Source of the DNA: an uncultured delta proteobacterium
Lineage (GTDB): Bacteria; Desulfobacterota; Desulfobacteria; Desulfobacterales; JAHEIW01
Assembly (NCBI GenBank): GCA_963706575.1
Contig: CAVPNL010000015.1
Coordinates: forward strand, 64,001 to 128,000
DNA length: 64,000 nucleotides
Reading direction: 5' to 3'
A program made the position numbers and the translations under genes. The notes beneath the pieces were generated by a model. The model had not been told where the DNA came from, did no database searches, and saw only the letters and a list, made by a program, of their open reading frames with translations. Each line of letters starts with the position of its first letter. Position 1 is the first letter of the stretch. Of this stretch, positions 9,621-19,629 are shown one piece after another.

Positions 9621-10271
9621 ATGAAAGATAAAGCTACAACAACGTGTTTATGCAGAAAAATGGAGTGCTGGCGTGGAGATGATGAGGGCATTCCATCCTA
9701 TTGTCAGGCCAACCATTATGTCGCCGAAATTGAGAAAGCCAGAGAAGTATATGCAGAACCGGAGGTGGTCGATATCTATACCGCCGCATGTGTTGTCGGC
9801 AAAAAAAACGACGGCTACCGACCGCGTATCGAAGAGGCGCTTGATTTCACCAGCGAAATGAAGTTTTCCAGAGTGGGATTCGCTGCCTGTGTGGCCTTTG
9901 GCAAGGAGCTGGAAGTGATTAGACGGCTGTTTGAGCAGGCCGGGATCGAGGTCTTTAGTGCCGGTTGCCAGATCGGCCGAAGCTCTGCCACAGATCGGGG
10001 ATTGCCGCATTTAGAAGCATATCCGGACAATTCAACATGCAATCCCATTGCCCAGGCTGATATTCTGAACAAAGCGCAAACCCAATTGAACTTCATTATC
10101 GGGTTGTGCATGGGGCATGATATTTTATTCACCCGCTACTCCAGAGCGCCGGTTTCCACGCTGATTGTCAAGGATCGGCTGATGGGGAACAATCCTGCTG
10201 CCGCCATCTACGGCTGGCATGCCCGTCGTTCTCTGTTCAAACTGAGTCGAAGTGATGATGAGATGGTATGA
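9621..10271 (+). CDS. DUF1847-like Cys-rich putative metal-binding protein
   Basis: CxCxxxxC N-terminus; CNPIAQA, GLCMGHD and KDRLMGNNP motifs. Confidence 0.8.
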   Translation: MKDKATTTCLCRKMECWRGDDEGIPSYCQANHYVAEIEKAREVYAEPEVVDIYTAACVVGKKNDGYRPRIEEALDFTSEMKFSRVGFAACVAFGKELEVIRRLFEQAGIEVFSAGCQIGRSSATDRGLPHLEAYPDNSTCNPIAQADILNKAQTQLNFIIGLCMGHDILFTRYSRAPVSTLIVKDRLMGNNPAAAIYGWHARRSLFKLSRSDDEMV

Positions 10272-10357
10272 CCGATCGGGGGGTTTTTCTGAGATAATTT
10301 TCACTTCCCGTCGAATGCATCTTAAATAAGCTATTTTATCCGTCCGCAATATTCTTT

Positions 10358-10375
10358 TGATTCATATCTGAATCA
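10358..10375. promoter_or_regulatory. Palindromic enhancer-like site TGATTCATATCTGAATCA
   Basis: Matches TGATKC-N6-GMATCA; ~75 bp upstream of a sigma54 promoter. Confidence 0.6.
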
Positions 10376-10449
10376 ACCATTCCATCCGTGTTGTTCAACT
10401 TACAAAATAACTATTTGAAATTAATTGACTTTATTTTCGCCCCTGTTGT

Positions 10450-10465
10450 TGGCTCAAATTTTGCT
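10450..10465 (+). promoter_or_regulatory. sigma54 (-24/-12) promoter
   Basis: TGGCTC-AAATT-TTGCT, 60 bp before the ATG at 10525. Confidence 0.7.
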
Positions 10466-10524
10466 CTATATTCTATATTTAGCAAACCAAATGGAAAAAC
10501 CTCAAATTCGGAGGAGGATCTTTT

Positions 10525-11259
10525 ATGATTTACAAAGCGAACAAAGGGCAAACCAGTTACGGCGAAGCCATCGGCATCATTCTGATGGAAAGCTTCATGC
10601 CTTTCCCGCCGGGCTGCCCCGGAAACGCCACAACCTTTTCTTTTCCGGTCAGATATGCCAATGTCAAAGGCGCCAATATGGAAAAATTGGTCTATCAGGG
10701 CGATCCCGAGCTGCTAAAGCCCTTCATCGATGCCGGTTGGGATCTGGTTAACGAAGGGGTCAAAGCGATTACCGGAAATTGCGGATTTATGGTTCTCTAC
10801 CATGAGGTGATGGCCAAGGAATTTCCGGTCCCGGTTTTTATGTCCAGTTTATTGCAGTTGCCGTTTATCTCCCGCATGCTGAAGCCCGGTGAAAAGATTG
10901 GCATCATCACAGCCAGTGGCAAAACCTTAACAGAAAAACATTTGCAGATTGCCACCAATGGCGCTAATATCCCCCTCGCCATCGCCGGCATGGAGGATCA
11001 AAAGCATTTTTATGATGCGATTCATGCCGAAGTCGGGGAACTCGATTTCGACGGGGTTGAAGCGGAAGTCGTTCAGGTGACCCGGAACCTGGTTGAAAAG
11101 GAAGAAAATATTAAAGCGATTTTATTTGAATGTACCGATCTTCCCCCATATGCGGCTGCGACTCAGGAAGCGGTCGGATTGCCTGTTTTCGATTTTTCGA
11201 CCATGATTAATTATGTACATTCGGGCCTTGTCCGCAAAAGATTTGAGGGCTTCTGTTAA
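10525..11259 (+). CDS. Aspartate/glutamate/hydantoin racemase superfamily protein
   Basis: 244 aa; GNCGF and ECTDLPPY two-Cys motifs; PVFMSSLLQ. Confidence 0.8.
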   Translation: MIYKANKGQTSYGEAIGIILMESFMPFPPGCPGNATTFSFPVRYANVKGANMEKLVYQGDPELLKPFIDAGWDLVNEGVKAITGNCGFMVLYHEVMAKEFPVPVFMSSLLQLPFISRMLKPGEKIGIITASGKTLTEKHLQIATNGANIPLAIAGMEDQKHFYDAIHAEVGELDFDGVEAEVVQVTRNLVEKEENIKAILFECTDLPPYAAATQEAVGLPVFDFSTMINYVHSGLVRKRFEGFC

Positions 11260-11325
11260 ACTGATAAAAAAATATCATGCCTTTGTGGTCTTTATAAAAG
11301 CGAACCTTAAAGAGGAGGAGTATCC

Positions 11326-12792
11326 ATGTCTGAAAAAGTTTATCAAAAAAAAGCGTTTATCGGGGGTGAATGGGTCGAATCGGAAAGTGGTGAACGATTC
11401 GAGGTCAATTATCCGGGCGATGGCAGTGTCATCGGTACGGCACCGGCCTGCACCCGTAAAGATGCCCAGAAAGCGATAGATGCGGCCATCGAAGGGCAGA
11501 AAGCCCTGGCAAAACTTTCGCTGGTAAAACGCATCGAACTGCTGCACAAGGCGACGGAGCTCGCGAAAAAAAGAGATGAAGAATCATCCCGTCTCACCTG
11601 TCTGGAATCCGGAAAGCCCATCCAGCAGGCCATCTGGGAGGGAAGCACCATCGATGGCTATAGCTGGAGTAATTTCCACGTTGCGGCTGCCAATATAAAA
11701 TCGCACCGCGGCATGACCCTGCCCAATGTCACCGAAGATTCCAACAATAAACGCTTAATCCATATTTACGAACCGGTGGGCGTGGTGGTGAACATTTCAA
11801 CCTTCAGCTATCCCTCTGAAATGCCCAATTGTACGATTCCCTATGCCCTGGCAGCGGGCAATGCCGTTATTGTGAAACCGTCATCCGGATCACCTTTCAG
11901 CAGCATTCTTATCGCCGAGGTCTTGGAGGAGGCCGGTTTTCCGCCCGGCAGCATTAATGTGTTGACCGGTGCCGGTGAAGAAGTCGGAGCGGAATTGGCC
12001 GCCAATTCGGGCACCCAGGCAATCGGCCTTTTTGGCCAGGAGCAAACCGGCGAAAAAGTGGCCCGGAATGCGGCCATGAAAAAACTGTTGTTTGCCATCG
12101 TGTCGAACAATCCGCTGATCGTCATGGATGATGCCAACATCGAAGCGGCCGTGGAAGCCGCCATCGGCGGGTGCTATGCTCATAACGGGCAGTCGCCGAT
12201 ATCCACCCGACGAATATTGCTTCACAAAGATGTGCACCAGGGTTTTATAAGCCGCTTTGTGGAAAGAACCCAGGCCCTCAACCTGTCAGACCCGTTGGAT
12301 GAAAAGGCAGACGTCGGGCCGGTCCACAACAGCAAAGTGCTTGAAGTCGCACTTAGCCATCTGGAAGATGCTCGCAAAAAAGGCGCTAAATTTTTAACCG
12401 GCGGCAACAACCCCAAAGGGCTTTATATAGAGCCTACCATAATCGATGAGGCCACCGGCGACATGCTCGTCACCCAGGAAGCCACACCGGGTCCGATAGC
12501 GCCGATCATGACGTTTGAAAATATCGATCAGGCCGTCGAGCTGGCCAATTCAACACGCTTTGGGTTTCAGATCGGCGCGTTTACCAGTGGTCTGGCAAAT
12601 GCCTATTATCTGGCTGAGAACATTCAAGCCGGTAGCGTGTATATCAACGAAGCGACCAATTGCTGGGATGAAATGGCGCCCTTCGGCGGTGTCAAGAAAA
12701 GCGGCATCGGCAGAATGCTGTCGGATTGGACATTCAATGAATTAAGCCAGATCAAAATGATTTTATTTGATCTCGGCAAAGTAAAAAAATAA
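11326..12792 (+). CDS. Aldehyde dehydrogenase superfamily protein lacking canonical catalytic residues
   Basis: ESGKP, EPVGVV, ALAAGNAVIVKPS and PFGGVKKSGIGR retained; GQxC reads GQSP and ELGGK reads AIVSN. Confidence 0.85.
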   Translation: MSEKVYQKKAFIGGEWVESESGERFEVNYPGDGSVIGTAPACTRKDAQKAIDAAIEGQKALAKLSLVKRIELLHKATELAKKRDEESSRLTCLESGKPIQQAIWEGSTIDGYSWSNFHVAAANIKSHRGMTLPNVTEDSNNKRLIHIYEPVGVVVNISTFSYPSEMPNCTIPYALAAGNAVIVKPSSGSPFSSILIAEVLEEAGFPPGSINVLTGAGEEVGAELAANSGTQAIGLFGQEQTGEKVARNAAMKKLLFAIVSNNPLIVMDDANIEAAVEAAIGGCYAHNGQSPISTRRILLHKDVHQGFISRFVERTQALNLSDPLDEKADVGPVHNSKVLEVALSHLEDARKKGAKFLTGGNNPKGLYIEPTIIDEATGDMLVTQEATPGPIAPIMTFENIDQAVELANSTRFGFQIGAFTSGLANAYYLAENIQAGSVYINEATNCWDEMAPFGGVKKSGIGRMLSDWTFNELSQIKMILFDLGKVKK

Positions 12793-12802
12793 GGAGACAT
12801 CC

Positions 12803-14782
12803 ATGGGTTATATGCGTGGTGGAACCATTTTAAGGATAGATCTGGGGACAGGCTCGATTGTAAGAGAACCGACCGCCGATTACACAAAACAGTGGTTCGG
12901 CGGACGGGGGCTGAATTCCAGAATCCTTTATACGGAAACCGGCCCGGCAGTCAAACCGCTGGAACCGGAAAATGTGCTGATGTTCAGCCTCGGCCCTTTT
13001 ACCGGAACCATGGTGCCCGGCTCCGGCCGGGTCGAAGTGGCCGCAAAATCACCGGTCATCGGCATCCAAGGCATGGGCAACATGGGCGGCTACTGGGGGC
13101 CGGAGCTAAAATATGCGGGTTATGACAGCATCATTCTAAAAGGCAAAGCAGCCAAGCCGGTCTACATTGCCATCCATAATGACGAAGTCGAGATAAAAGA
13201 CGCCGCGCATCTCTGGGGAATGGACACCTACCGGACCCAGGACGCCATTCGGCAGGAAATGGGCGATCCCGAGATCGAAGTGGTTTGTATCGGGCCGGCC
13301 GGCGAAAATATGATCGGCTATGCCTCCATCCAGAACCGCATGGGAAATGCCGCCGGGCGAACCGGTATGGGTACCGTCATGGGATCTAAAGACCTCAAGG
13401 CCATTGCCGTGCGCGGCACCAAGGGCGTGGCCATCGCGGAGCCCGACAGATTTTTTGAATTGTGCCTGGAGGCCCTGCAGATTCAAAAGCCCCAGCTGGG
13501 AATGGCCAAAACCATCGATCTGGCCGACAACGATCCCCCATCGTGGGGGCTGACACTGGGAAACTACGAAGCCACCGAATGGGAAAAGCAAAAAGAATTA
13601 AAAGACGGACACAAGCCCTTTTGGGAAAACCACAAAAACCGCCAGGGAGAAGGCATCACCGGATGCTTCAACTGCCAGGTCCGCTGCATGGATTACTACG
13701 AGCTTCCCGAATGGGGCCCTCTGGTCGCCAGCTGCAACCTGTATGCCTCGACCACATGGGTATTAAAGGATCCGGACATGAAATCCTGGTATGCGTTTGT
13801 TTCAAAATGCCAGCGCCAGGGCATTGATTCCACCTCGGCTTCACGCATGATTGCCTGGGCCATGGAACTTTATGAACAGGGCAAAATCACTCAAAAAGAT
13901 ACAGACGGAATCGCGCTCAACTGGGGAAACAAAGAAGCCATTGGTCTGATGCTCGACAAAATCGTCAAAAAAGAAGGTTTTGGCGAGGTGTTGGCCAGCA
14001 ATCCGGCCGAGGCCGCCAAAAAGATTGGTGATGACGTTGAAGAAGCCTTACAGATAAAGGGTCTGCCCCTGGGGGGCACCAACGTCATGAATTTCCGGGC
14101 GCGGACCATCGGCGCGGTGGTCAATCCCAGAGGCGGTGATGAATATCGCGCCCGGGTCGGTGCCTTCGACAATCTCGGCAGCGGTAAGAATACCGGAATG
14201 ACCGGAATGTCCAGCCCCGACAGCTGGGAAGCCAAAACCGCCATGTCCATCATCGATGCGGCCCTGGCGAAAAAGAAAGAGGCCGGGGAAGAGCCGATAA
14301 TCGGCCAGTTCGATTACGAGGGCCGCGGGGCGCTGGCCGCCTTGGGCCAAAAGATTTCGACAGTCAGTGATACGCTGGGACAGTGCAAATGGAATACCAT
14401 TTTTCTGAATGTGGGCATTAGCATGGAGTTTCAGGCCAACGCCCTTTCGGCGGGAACGGGACGGGAGACAGGCATCGAAGAGCTCCTGGAAGCCGCATCA
14501 CGCATCTCCTGCCAGGAAAGAGCTTATGCCGTGCGCGAGGGGATGACGAAAGATCAGGACACCCTGCCTAAAAAATTGATCAATTATTCGATGGCGGGAA
14601 CCTATCCGGATGACCAGGTCACGCCGGAGGGCCTAGAAAAAATGAAAGACGAATATTATCAAGCAATGGGCTGGGATGTTAAAACCGGTATTCCAACGCT
14701 CGATACCCTGCGTGCGCTCAATCTGGAAGATGTGGCATCTGATTTGATCAAACAGGGTAAACTTAAAGATGAAATAAAGTAG
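12803..14782 (+). CDS. Aldehyde:ferredoxin oxidoreductase (tungsten AOR/WOR family), divergent
   Basis: GGRG, KSP, GG..GPELKYAGYD, IGPAGEN, AAGRTGMG and CFNCQVRC; no EYET motif. Confidence 0.88.
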   Translation: MGYMRGGTILRIDLGTGSIVREPTADYTKQWFGGRGLNSRILYTETGPAVKPLEPENVLMFSLGPFTGTMVPGSGRVEVAAKSPVIGIQGMGNMGGYWGPELKYAGYDSIILKGKAAKPVYIAIHNDEVEIKDAAHLWGMDTYRTQDAIRQEMGDPEIEVVCIGPAGENMIGYASIQNRMGNAAGRTGMGTVMGSKDLKAIAVRGTKGVAIAEPDRFFELCLEALQIQKPQLGMAKTIDLADNDPPSWGLTLGNYEATEWEKQKELKDGHKPFWENHKNRQGEGITGCFNCQVRCMDYYELPEWGPLVASCNLYASTTWVLKDPDMKSWYAFVSKCQRQGIDSTSASRMIAWAMELYEQGKITQKDTDGIALNWGNKEAIGLMLDKIVKKEGFGEVLASNPAEAAKKIGDDVEEALQIKGLPLGGTNVMNFRARTIGAVVNPRGGDEYRARVGAFDNLGSGKNTGMTGMSSPDSWEAKTAMSIIDAALAKKKEAGEEPIIGQFDYEGRGALAALGQKISTVSDTLGQCKWNTIFLNVGISMEFQANALSAGTGRETGIEELLEAASRISCQERAYAVREGMTKDQDTLPKKLINYSMAGTYPDDQVTPEGLEKMKDEYYQAMGWDVKTGIPTLDTLRALNLEDVASDLIKQGKLKDEIK

Positions 14783-14804
14783 AACCTAATATGGAGGCTG
14801 GTAA

Positions 14805-15335
14805 ATGAGCAACGTTATCATTATTCATCCCGAAAAGTGCAGTGGCTGCCAGATGTGTGAGGTCAGCTGCTCTCTCAGAAATATGAAGGAATGCAATCCG
14901 GAACGATCGCGCATCCGCGCCATCAAGTCCGAAGAAAATGGCCAGCTCCAGTTTATCCCGTCCACCTGTATGCAGTGTGAAACGGCGATGTGTGAATTGG
15001 TCTGTCCGGTGAATGCCATCAGCAGAGATCCGCAAACGGGCGCCCGGATTATTAGCGAAAAAAAATGTATTGGCTGCAGTTCCTGCAGTTACGCCTGCCC
15101 CTTCGGTGCCTGTTTCGTCGACCGCAGCCTGGGCAAATCCATTGTTTGCAATCAGTGTGACGGCGATCCCACCTGTGTTAAAGTGTGTCCGTCCGGTGCG
15201 CTTGAATATGTGAATGCCGACCAGGTGAACATCAGCCTCAAGCGGGCGGCTGCCCGGCGTATTATGAATGCCCAGGAGATCATTCGAGAATCGCCCGGAC
15301 CGCTGAACGTCAAACCGGATCAGGACCTGTGCTAG
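14805..15335 (+). CDS. 4x[4Fe-4S] electron-transfer subunit (AorA/DmsB-like)
   Basis: CSGCQMCEVSC, CMQC....CELVCP, CIGCSSCSYACPFG and CNQC.....CVKVCP. Confidence 0.9.
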   Translation: MSNVIIIHPEKCSGCQMCEVSCSLRNMKECNPERSRIRAIKSEENGQLQFIPSTCMQCETAMCELVCPVNAISRDPQTGARIISEKKCIGCSSCSYACPFGACFVDRSLGKSIVCNQCDGDPTCVKVCPSGALEYVNADQVNISLKRAAARRIMNAQEIIRESPGPLNVKPDQDLC

Positions 15336-15496
15336 TGTAGTGGCCTACAAATAAGTTACAAAATGATTGTCACTCCCGCGCAGGCGGGAGTCCAGTTCAA
15401 AGACGCCTGGATTCCCGCCTGCGCGGGAATGACGGATGGGCAACACGCCTCGATACTTAATAATATTTTAGACACTATTTCCGGGACACAACATTA
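15333..15496. mobile_element. MITE family B copy 1 with internal CCCGCGCAGGCGGGA palindromes
   Basis: Ends TAGTGTAGTGGCC / GGACACAACATTA; inverted copies at 34275-34583 and 39221-39384; left end is the TAG stop of the Fe-S gene. Confidence 0.8.
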
Positions 15497-15547
15497 GGCA
15501 GTTCCATCTGCAAGAATTGAACGCCATCGAAATCTGTAAAAGAGGAG

Positions 15548-17219
15548 GTGGATATGGTTTGGCAGGGCGATACCTATGATGAAATATGCCGTAATTTCAG
15601 ATGGGAGTTTCCGGAATATTTCAATATCGGCGTGGATATTTGCGATAAATGGGCCGACGACAAATTCCGTTTAGCACTGATATACCTTGATGAGGATGAA
15701 CGCGAGCACAAAATTACCTACTGGGAATTAAAAAACGCCTCAAATCGACTGGCAAATGCATTGCGAGAATACGGTGTCGCCCGCGAGGACCGCATCGGGA
15801 TATTAATGGCGCCCGCGCCGGAGACCTTAATTTCCCATATTGCCGTTTACAAATTGGGCGCCATCCTGGTACCCATGATCCAGCTTTTTGGGCCTCTGGC
15901 GATCGAGTATCGCCTTAAAAACAGCGGGGCCAAAAGCGTTATTACGGATAAAAAAAATCTGGCGAAAATTTTAGAAATTAAAGATCGCCTTCCCGACCTG
16001 AAACTTATCATCGCGGTCGATGCCCAGGGAGAGACGGATGTCTTGGACTTTGGGGAGACATTAGCCCGTGGCAGCCGGTATTTCACACCGGTGGAAACAA
16101 AACCGGATGACCCGGCCTTAATTATTTACACCTCAGGGACCACGGGCCCTCCCAAAGGCGCACTTCACGGTCATCGCCTGATGATTGCCGAGGCCACCAA
16201 TACGGGGTTCTCGCTTGACCTTTTTCCCCAAAAAGGAGATCTGCTGTGGACCCATTGCGATTGGGCCTATATCGCGGGATCCTTTACCGCTCTTTACCCG
16301 ACAATGCATTACGGGCAAGCCATCGTTGAGTATGCCAAAACCGGGAGATTTGATTCCGAAAAGGCTTTTTCCATTATCTCCAAATATGGCGTCACGGTGA
16401 TATTTGCGATCGCCACGGCGTTCCGGATGATGATGCATGCGGTCAAGAATCCGAAAGAGCGTTACGATCTGGATGAATTGAGATCCATCACCGTGGGCGG
16501 CGAGACCATGGGAAAGGATCTCTACGAATGGGGCCAGAGGGCGCTGGGGGTTGAATTCAACGAAAATTACGGTATGACCGAATGCGATTTCATGGTTTCC
16601 AATTGTTCCAAAATCATGAAGGTTTACCCGGGTTCGATGGGCCGCGCGATTCCCGGACATATCGTTGAAGTCATCGATGAGCAGGGTAACGTCCAGGAAG
16701 CCGGCGAGTATGGTGAGTTTGCGATCAAACAACCTGATCCCAGCATATTTCATCGGGTACTGGGGCGATCCGGAAGCCACCCAAAAACGATTTATCGGCG
16801 AATGGTTTCGCACCGGTGATTACGGCACCAAAGATGAAAACGGCTATTTCTGGTTTACCGGCCGCAGGGATTACGTCATCGAAAGCGGCGGTTATCGAAT
16901 CGGACCTGGCGAGGTCGAAGATGCACTGGTCAAGCACGATGCCGTGAAACTGGTCGCCGTGATCGGTGTTCCGGATGAGATCAGAGGTGAAATTGTCAAG
17001 GCGTTCATTGTGCCCGAGCAGGGTGTGACGGCGGATAAAGCACTGGAAGATCGCCTCAAACAGCATGTCAAAGGCCAATTGGAGGCACACGCCTATCCGC
17101 GGGAGATAGAATTCCTCGAGGAGATGCCGATGACGGACACCGGCAAGATTATGAAAAATGAGCTGCTCAAAATGGATCAAAAAAGCCGCACCAAAATAAA
17201 AGCGGATAAAGAAAAATAA
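15548..17219 (+). CDS. Acyl-CoA synthetase (AMP-forming); one frameshift near 16748, probably a sequencing error
   Basis: YTSGTTGPPKG and YGMTE in the first frame; RTGD, GRRD, GYRIGPGEVE and TGKI in the next frame; removing one T restores PSIFIGYWG. Confidence 0.85.
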
Positions 17220-17233
17220 TAAGGAGGCCGGCG

Positions 17234-18067
17234 GTGGGGACACAATTAATACAAAACTGGGTTGAAGATCGTATCGGGTGGATCGCGCTCAACAACACCC
17301 GCAGAAAGAATGCCCTTCACAATACGATGTATGAATCGATTCTTTCTTTACTCGACGCCTATGAAAAAGATGAGCAAGTCCGGACCATTGTGCTCAAGGG
17401 CAACGAGGGTAATTTTTCTGCGGGCTACGATCTGTCGCAGGGTTTGCCGGACCCGTACCGTGATTTTGTTAAAGATCTCTCCAGCGCTTCGGCAAAACGG
17501 CTCTGGTATTGCAAAAAACCCACCATTTCAATGGTCGAAGGCTACTGTGTGGGGGGCGGTTTTGAATTGGCGATGGGGGCGGACCTGGTCTATGCCGCCG
17601 AGGATGCCGCGCTTGGCGAGCCGGAAATCGATTTCTTTTTTACGCCGGATTACAATAGCATCCCCTGTCTGACGCTGGCCAGAAAAGCCAAGGAAATGAT
17701 ACTGCTGGGCAGCGTTATCAGCGGCAGCGAAGCGGCTGCCGTCGGACTGGTAAATAAAGCCTTCCCGCAGCAACAGCTGGAAGCGGAAGTAATCAAAATC
17801 TGTCATCGCATTGCCAGCCTGCCTTCAGAGACCGTAGAAGTGGCCAAAGTCGGCTTAAACGGCGCTTTAGACGCACAGGGTTTTAAAAACGCCATCGATT
17901 ATGGTGAGGAAATTGCGATATACAACGGGCTGCTGAGTAAAACCAATCCGAAATGCGAGTTGTTTTACAGGACCGCTAAAGAAAAGGGAATTAAAGAAGC
18001 CATAAAGCTGGTAAGGGATTACACGCAATCCGGTCAGATGGGCGAAGCGGGCTGGAAAAAAGATTAG
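17234..18067 (+). CDS. Enoyl-CoA hydratase/isomerase (crotonase) family protein
   Basis: KNAL, FSAGYDL, KPTISMVEGYCVGGGFELAM and EPE. Confidence 0.88.
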   Translation: MGTQLIQNWVEDRIGWIALNNTRRKNALHNTMYESILSLLDAYEKDEQVRTIVLKGNEGNFSAGYDLSQGLPDPYRDFVKDLSSASAKRLWYCKKPTISMVEGYCVGGGFELAMGADLVYAAEDAALGEPEIDFFFTPDYNSIPCLTLARKAKEMILLGSVISGSEAAAVGLVNKAFPQQQLEAEVIKICHRIASLPSETVEVAKVGLNGALDAQGFKNAIDYGEEIAIYNGLLSKTNPKCELFYRTAKEKGIKEAIKLVRDYTQSGQMGEAGWKKD

Positions 18068-18210
18068 AACCCACCTCAAAAATGTCTTTTGGCCCAATAT
18101 CTTTGTTGGTGCCTCGCTTTAATTCCTCGACATACAACAGTATGCCTGCGGTTTAAAGCTCGGCCCCGCCGCAATCTTGAACCAAAATCCTATTTTTGAG
18201 ATGGGTTCTA
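18065..18210. mobile_element. MITE family C (146 bp)
   Basis: TIR TAGAACCCACCTCAAAAAT / ATTTTTGAGATGGGTTCTA; left end forms the TAG stop of the crotonase gene. Confidence 0.75.
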
Positions 18211-18249
18211 TTAGAATTTAATGGTTGCACCTGATGAGGAAAATGCGGC

Positions 18250-19299
18250 GTGATAACTGACTTTTTAGCGTTTGCGGAAGGCCCCCTGCTGTGGCTTGTC
18301 TTTGCCCTTTTCGGCGCGGGGCTGTTTTTGAGAACGGTTTTTTTTGTGCTCAGCATCATCCGTCGTCGCCCGTCTTTAGACCGGCATCCAGCCTTCAACG
18401 CACGTCCATTCCTTATCCTGCGCCTGTTGCTTCCGTTTCACAATGCCGTCCTGAAAAAACCATTTTATAGCCTGCTGCGTTATGGTTTTCACGTCTGTCT
18501 TTTTGTGGTTCCCATCTGGCTTGCCGGCCATATCAGCCTGTGGGAGGAGTCCCGCTTCGAATGGTACTGGACGCCGCTACCCGATGACTGGGCAGATACG
18601 ATGACATTGATCGTGTTGGCAACCTGCAGTTATTTTCTAGTGCGAAGAGTCATTTTAGGCATCATCCGCAAGAGCGGATCTATTGTAGATTACCTGTTTA
18701 TCATCCTGACGGCCCTGCCCTTTTTAACCGGCTATTTCTACACCCATGGCAGTTTAGACCATATCCCTTTTTTCGAAACCTACATGTGGTATTTTCATGT
18801 ATTGAGCGCTGAGGCCATGCTGCTGATGATCGTTTTTCTCTTCTTGCGAACCCGCTTGACCGCCGAAAGATGCATCGGATGCGCCGCATGTGAAATCAAT
18901 TGCCCCACCGGAACGCTGGAAACGAAAGATAGCCTGCGCCAGCGGGTGTTCACCTATTCGCATTATCAATGCATTTGCTGCGGAACCTGTGTGGGAGTCT
19001 GTCCCGAGAGTGCAGCCGAATTAAGGCACGAAGTCAATTTCGCTCATATTTATCGAATTTTCGCGAAACGCCCGATCCGGGCCGTCGAGCTGGCCCTCTG
19101 TGACAGCTGTGGTATGCCGATTGGGCCGCTGCCGCAAATGCAAAAACTGCAGGAAGTGGTGGCCGCCAGTGATGCTGAAGTCGAAACCCTGAATTGCTGC
19201 GACCGTTGTAAAAAAACAACCTTCCAAAAGAGTCATCTGTTCCCCGATGCCTGGCAGCTGCCGGCTGGCGGTCAGGAAGAAAACAACCGGCCAGCCTAA
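18250..19299 (+). CDS. NarI/TmcC/HmcE-like membrane cytochrome b domain fused to ferredoxin-type [4Fe-4S] domains
   Basis: About five hydrophobic helices with GPL.W, FH..L, AGH and HVLS.E; then CIGCAACEINCP, CICCGTCVGVCP and CDSC...CDRC. Confidence 0.7.
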   Translation: MITDFLAFAEGPLLWLVFALFGAGLFLRTVFFVLSIIRRRPSLDRHPAFNARPFLILRLLLPFHNAVLKKPFYSLLRYGFHVCLFVVPIWLAGHISLWEESRFEWYWTPLPDDWADTMTLIVLATCSYFLVRRVILGIIRKSGSIVDYLFIILTALPFLTGYFYTHGSLDHIPFFETYMWYFHVLSAEAMLLMIVFLFLRTRLTAERCIGCAACEINCPTGTLETKDSLRQRVFTYSHYQCICCGTCVGVCPESAAELRHEVNFAHIYRIFAKRPIRAVELALCDSCGMPIGPLPQMQKLQEVVAASDAEVETLNCCDRCKKTTFQKSHLFPDAWQLPAGGQEENNRPA

Positions 19300-19307
19300 T
19301 GATTAAC

Positions 19308-19376
19308 GTGGGAGCGGCTTCCAGCCGCGAAATCAACTGTCGCGGCTGGAAGCCGCTCCCACATTCAATACCGCTT
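19308..19376. repeat. REP-like doublet GTGGGAGCGGCTTCCAGCCGCGA...TCGCGGCTGGAAGCCGCTCCCAC plus flank
   Basis: Perfect inverted pair; related copy at 22236-22304; single arms near 29581 and 40717. Confidence 0.8.
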
Positions 19377-19629
19377 GTTCTTTCTGGATAATCAGATTTT
19401 GCTTTTCTTTCGTGTTTTGATCTCTTCGTGTTTTCGTGAATAATTTTTTGGACAGCCATTTGCGGAAAGGCAAATAATCATTTTGACCCTTATGGGCTAA
19501 TAGTTGGTTGGTTGACTTTTGTTAAGAGGTTGTTTATCTTCGTAATCGAGCCCGCTTTGTCCGGGATTGCATAAAAAGGCCTGATTTATAGGTCATAGCC
19601 GCCTGGCTGATTACGAATGCGTATAACTT

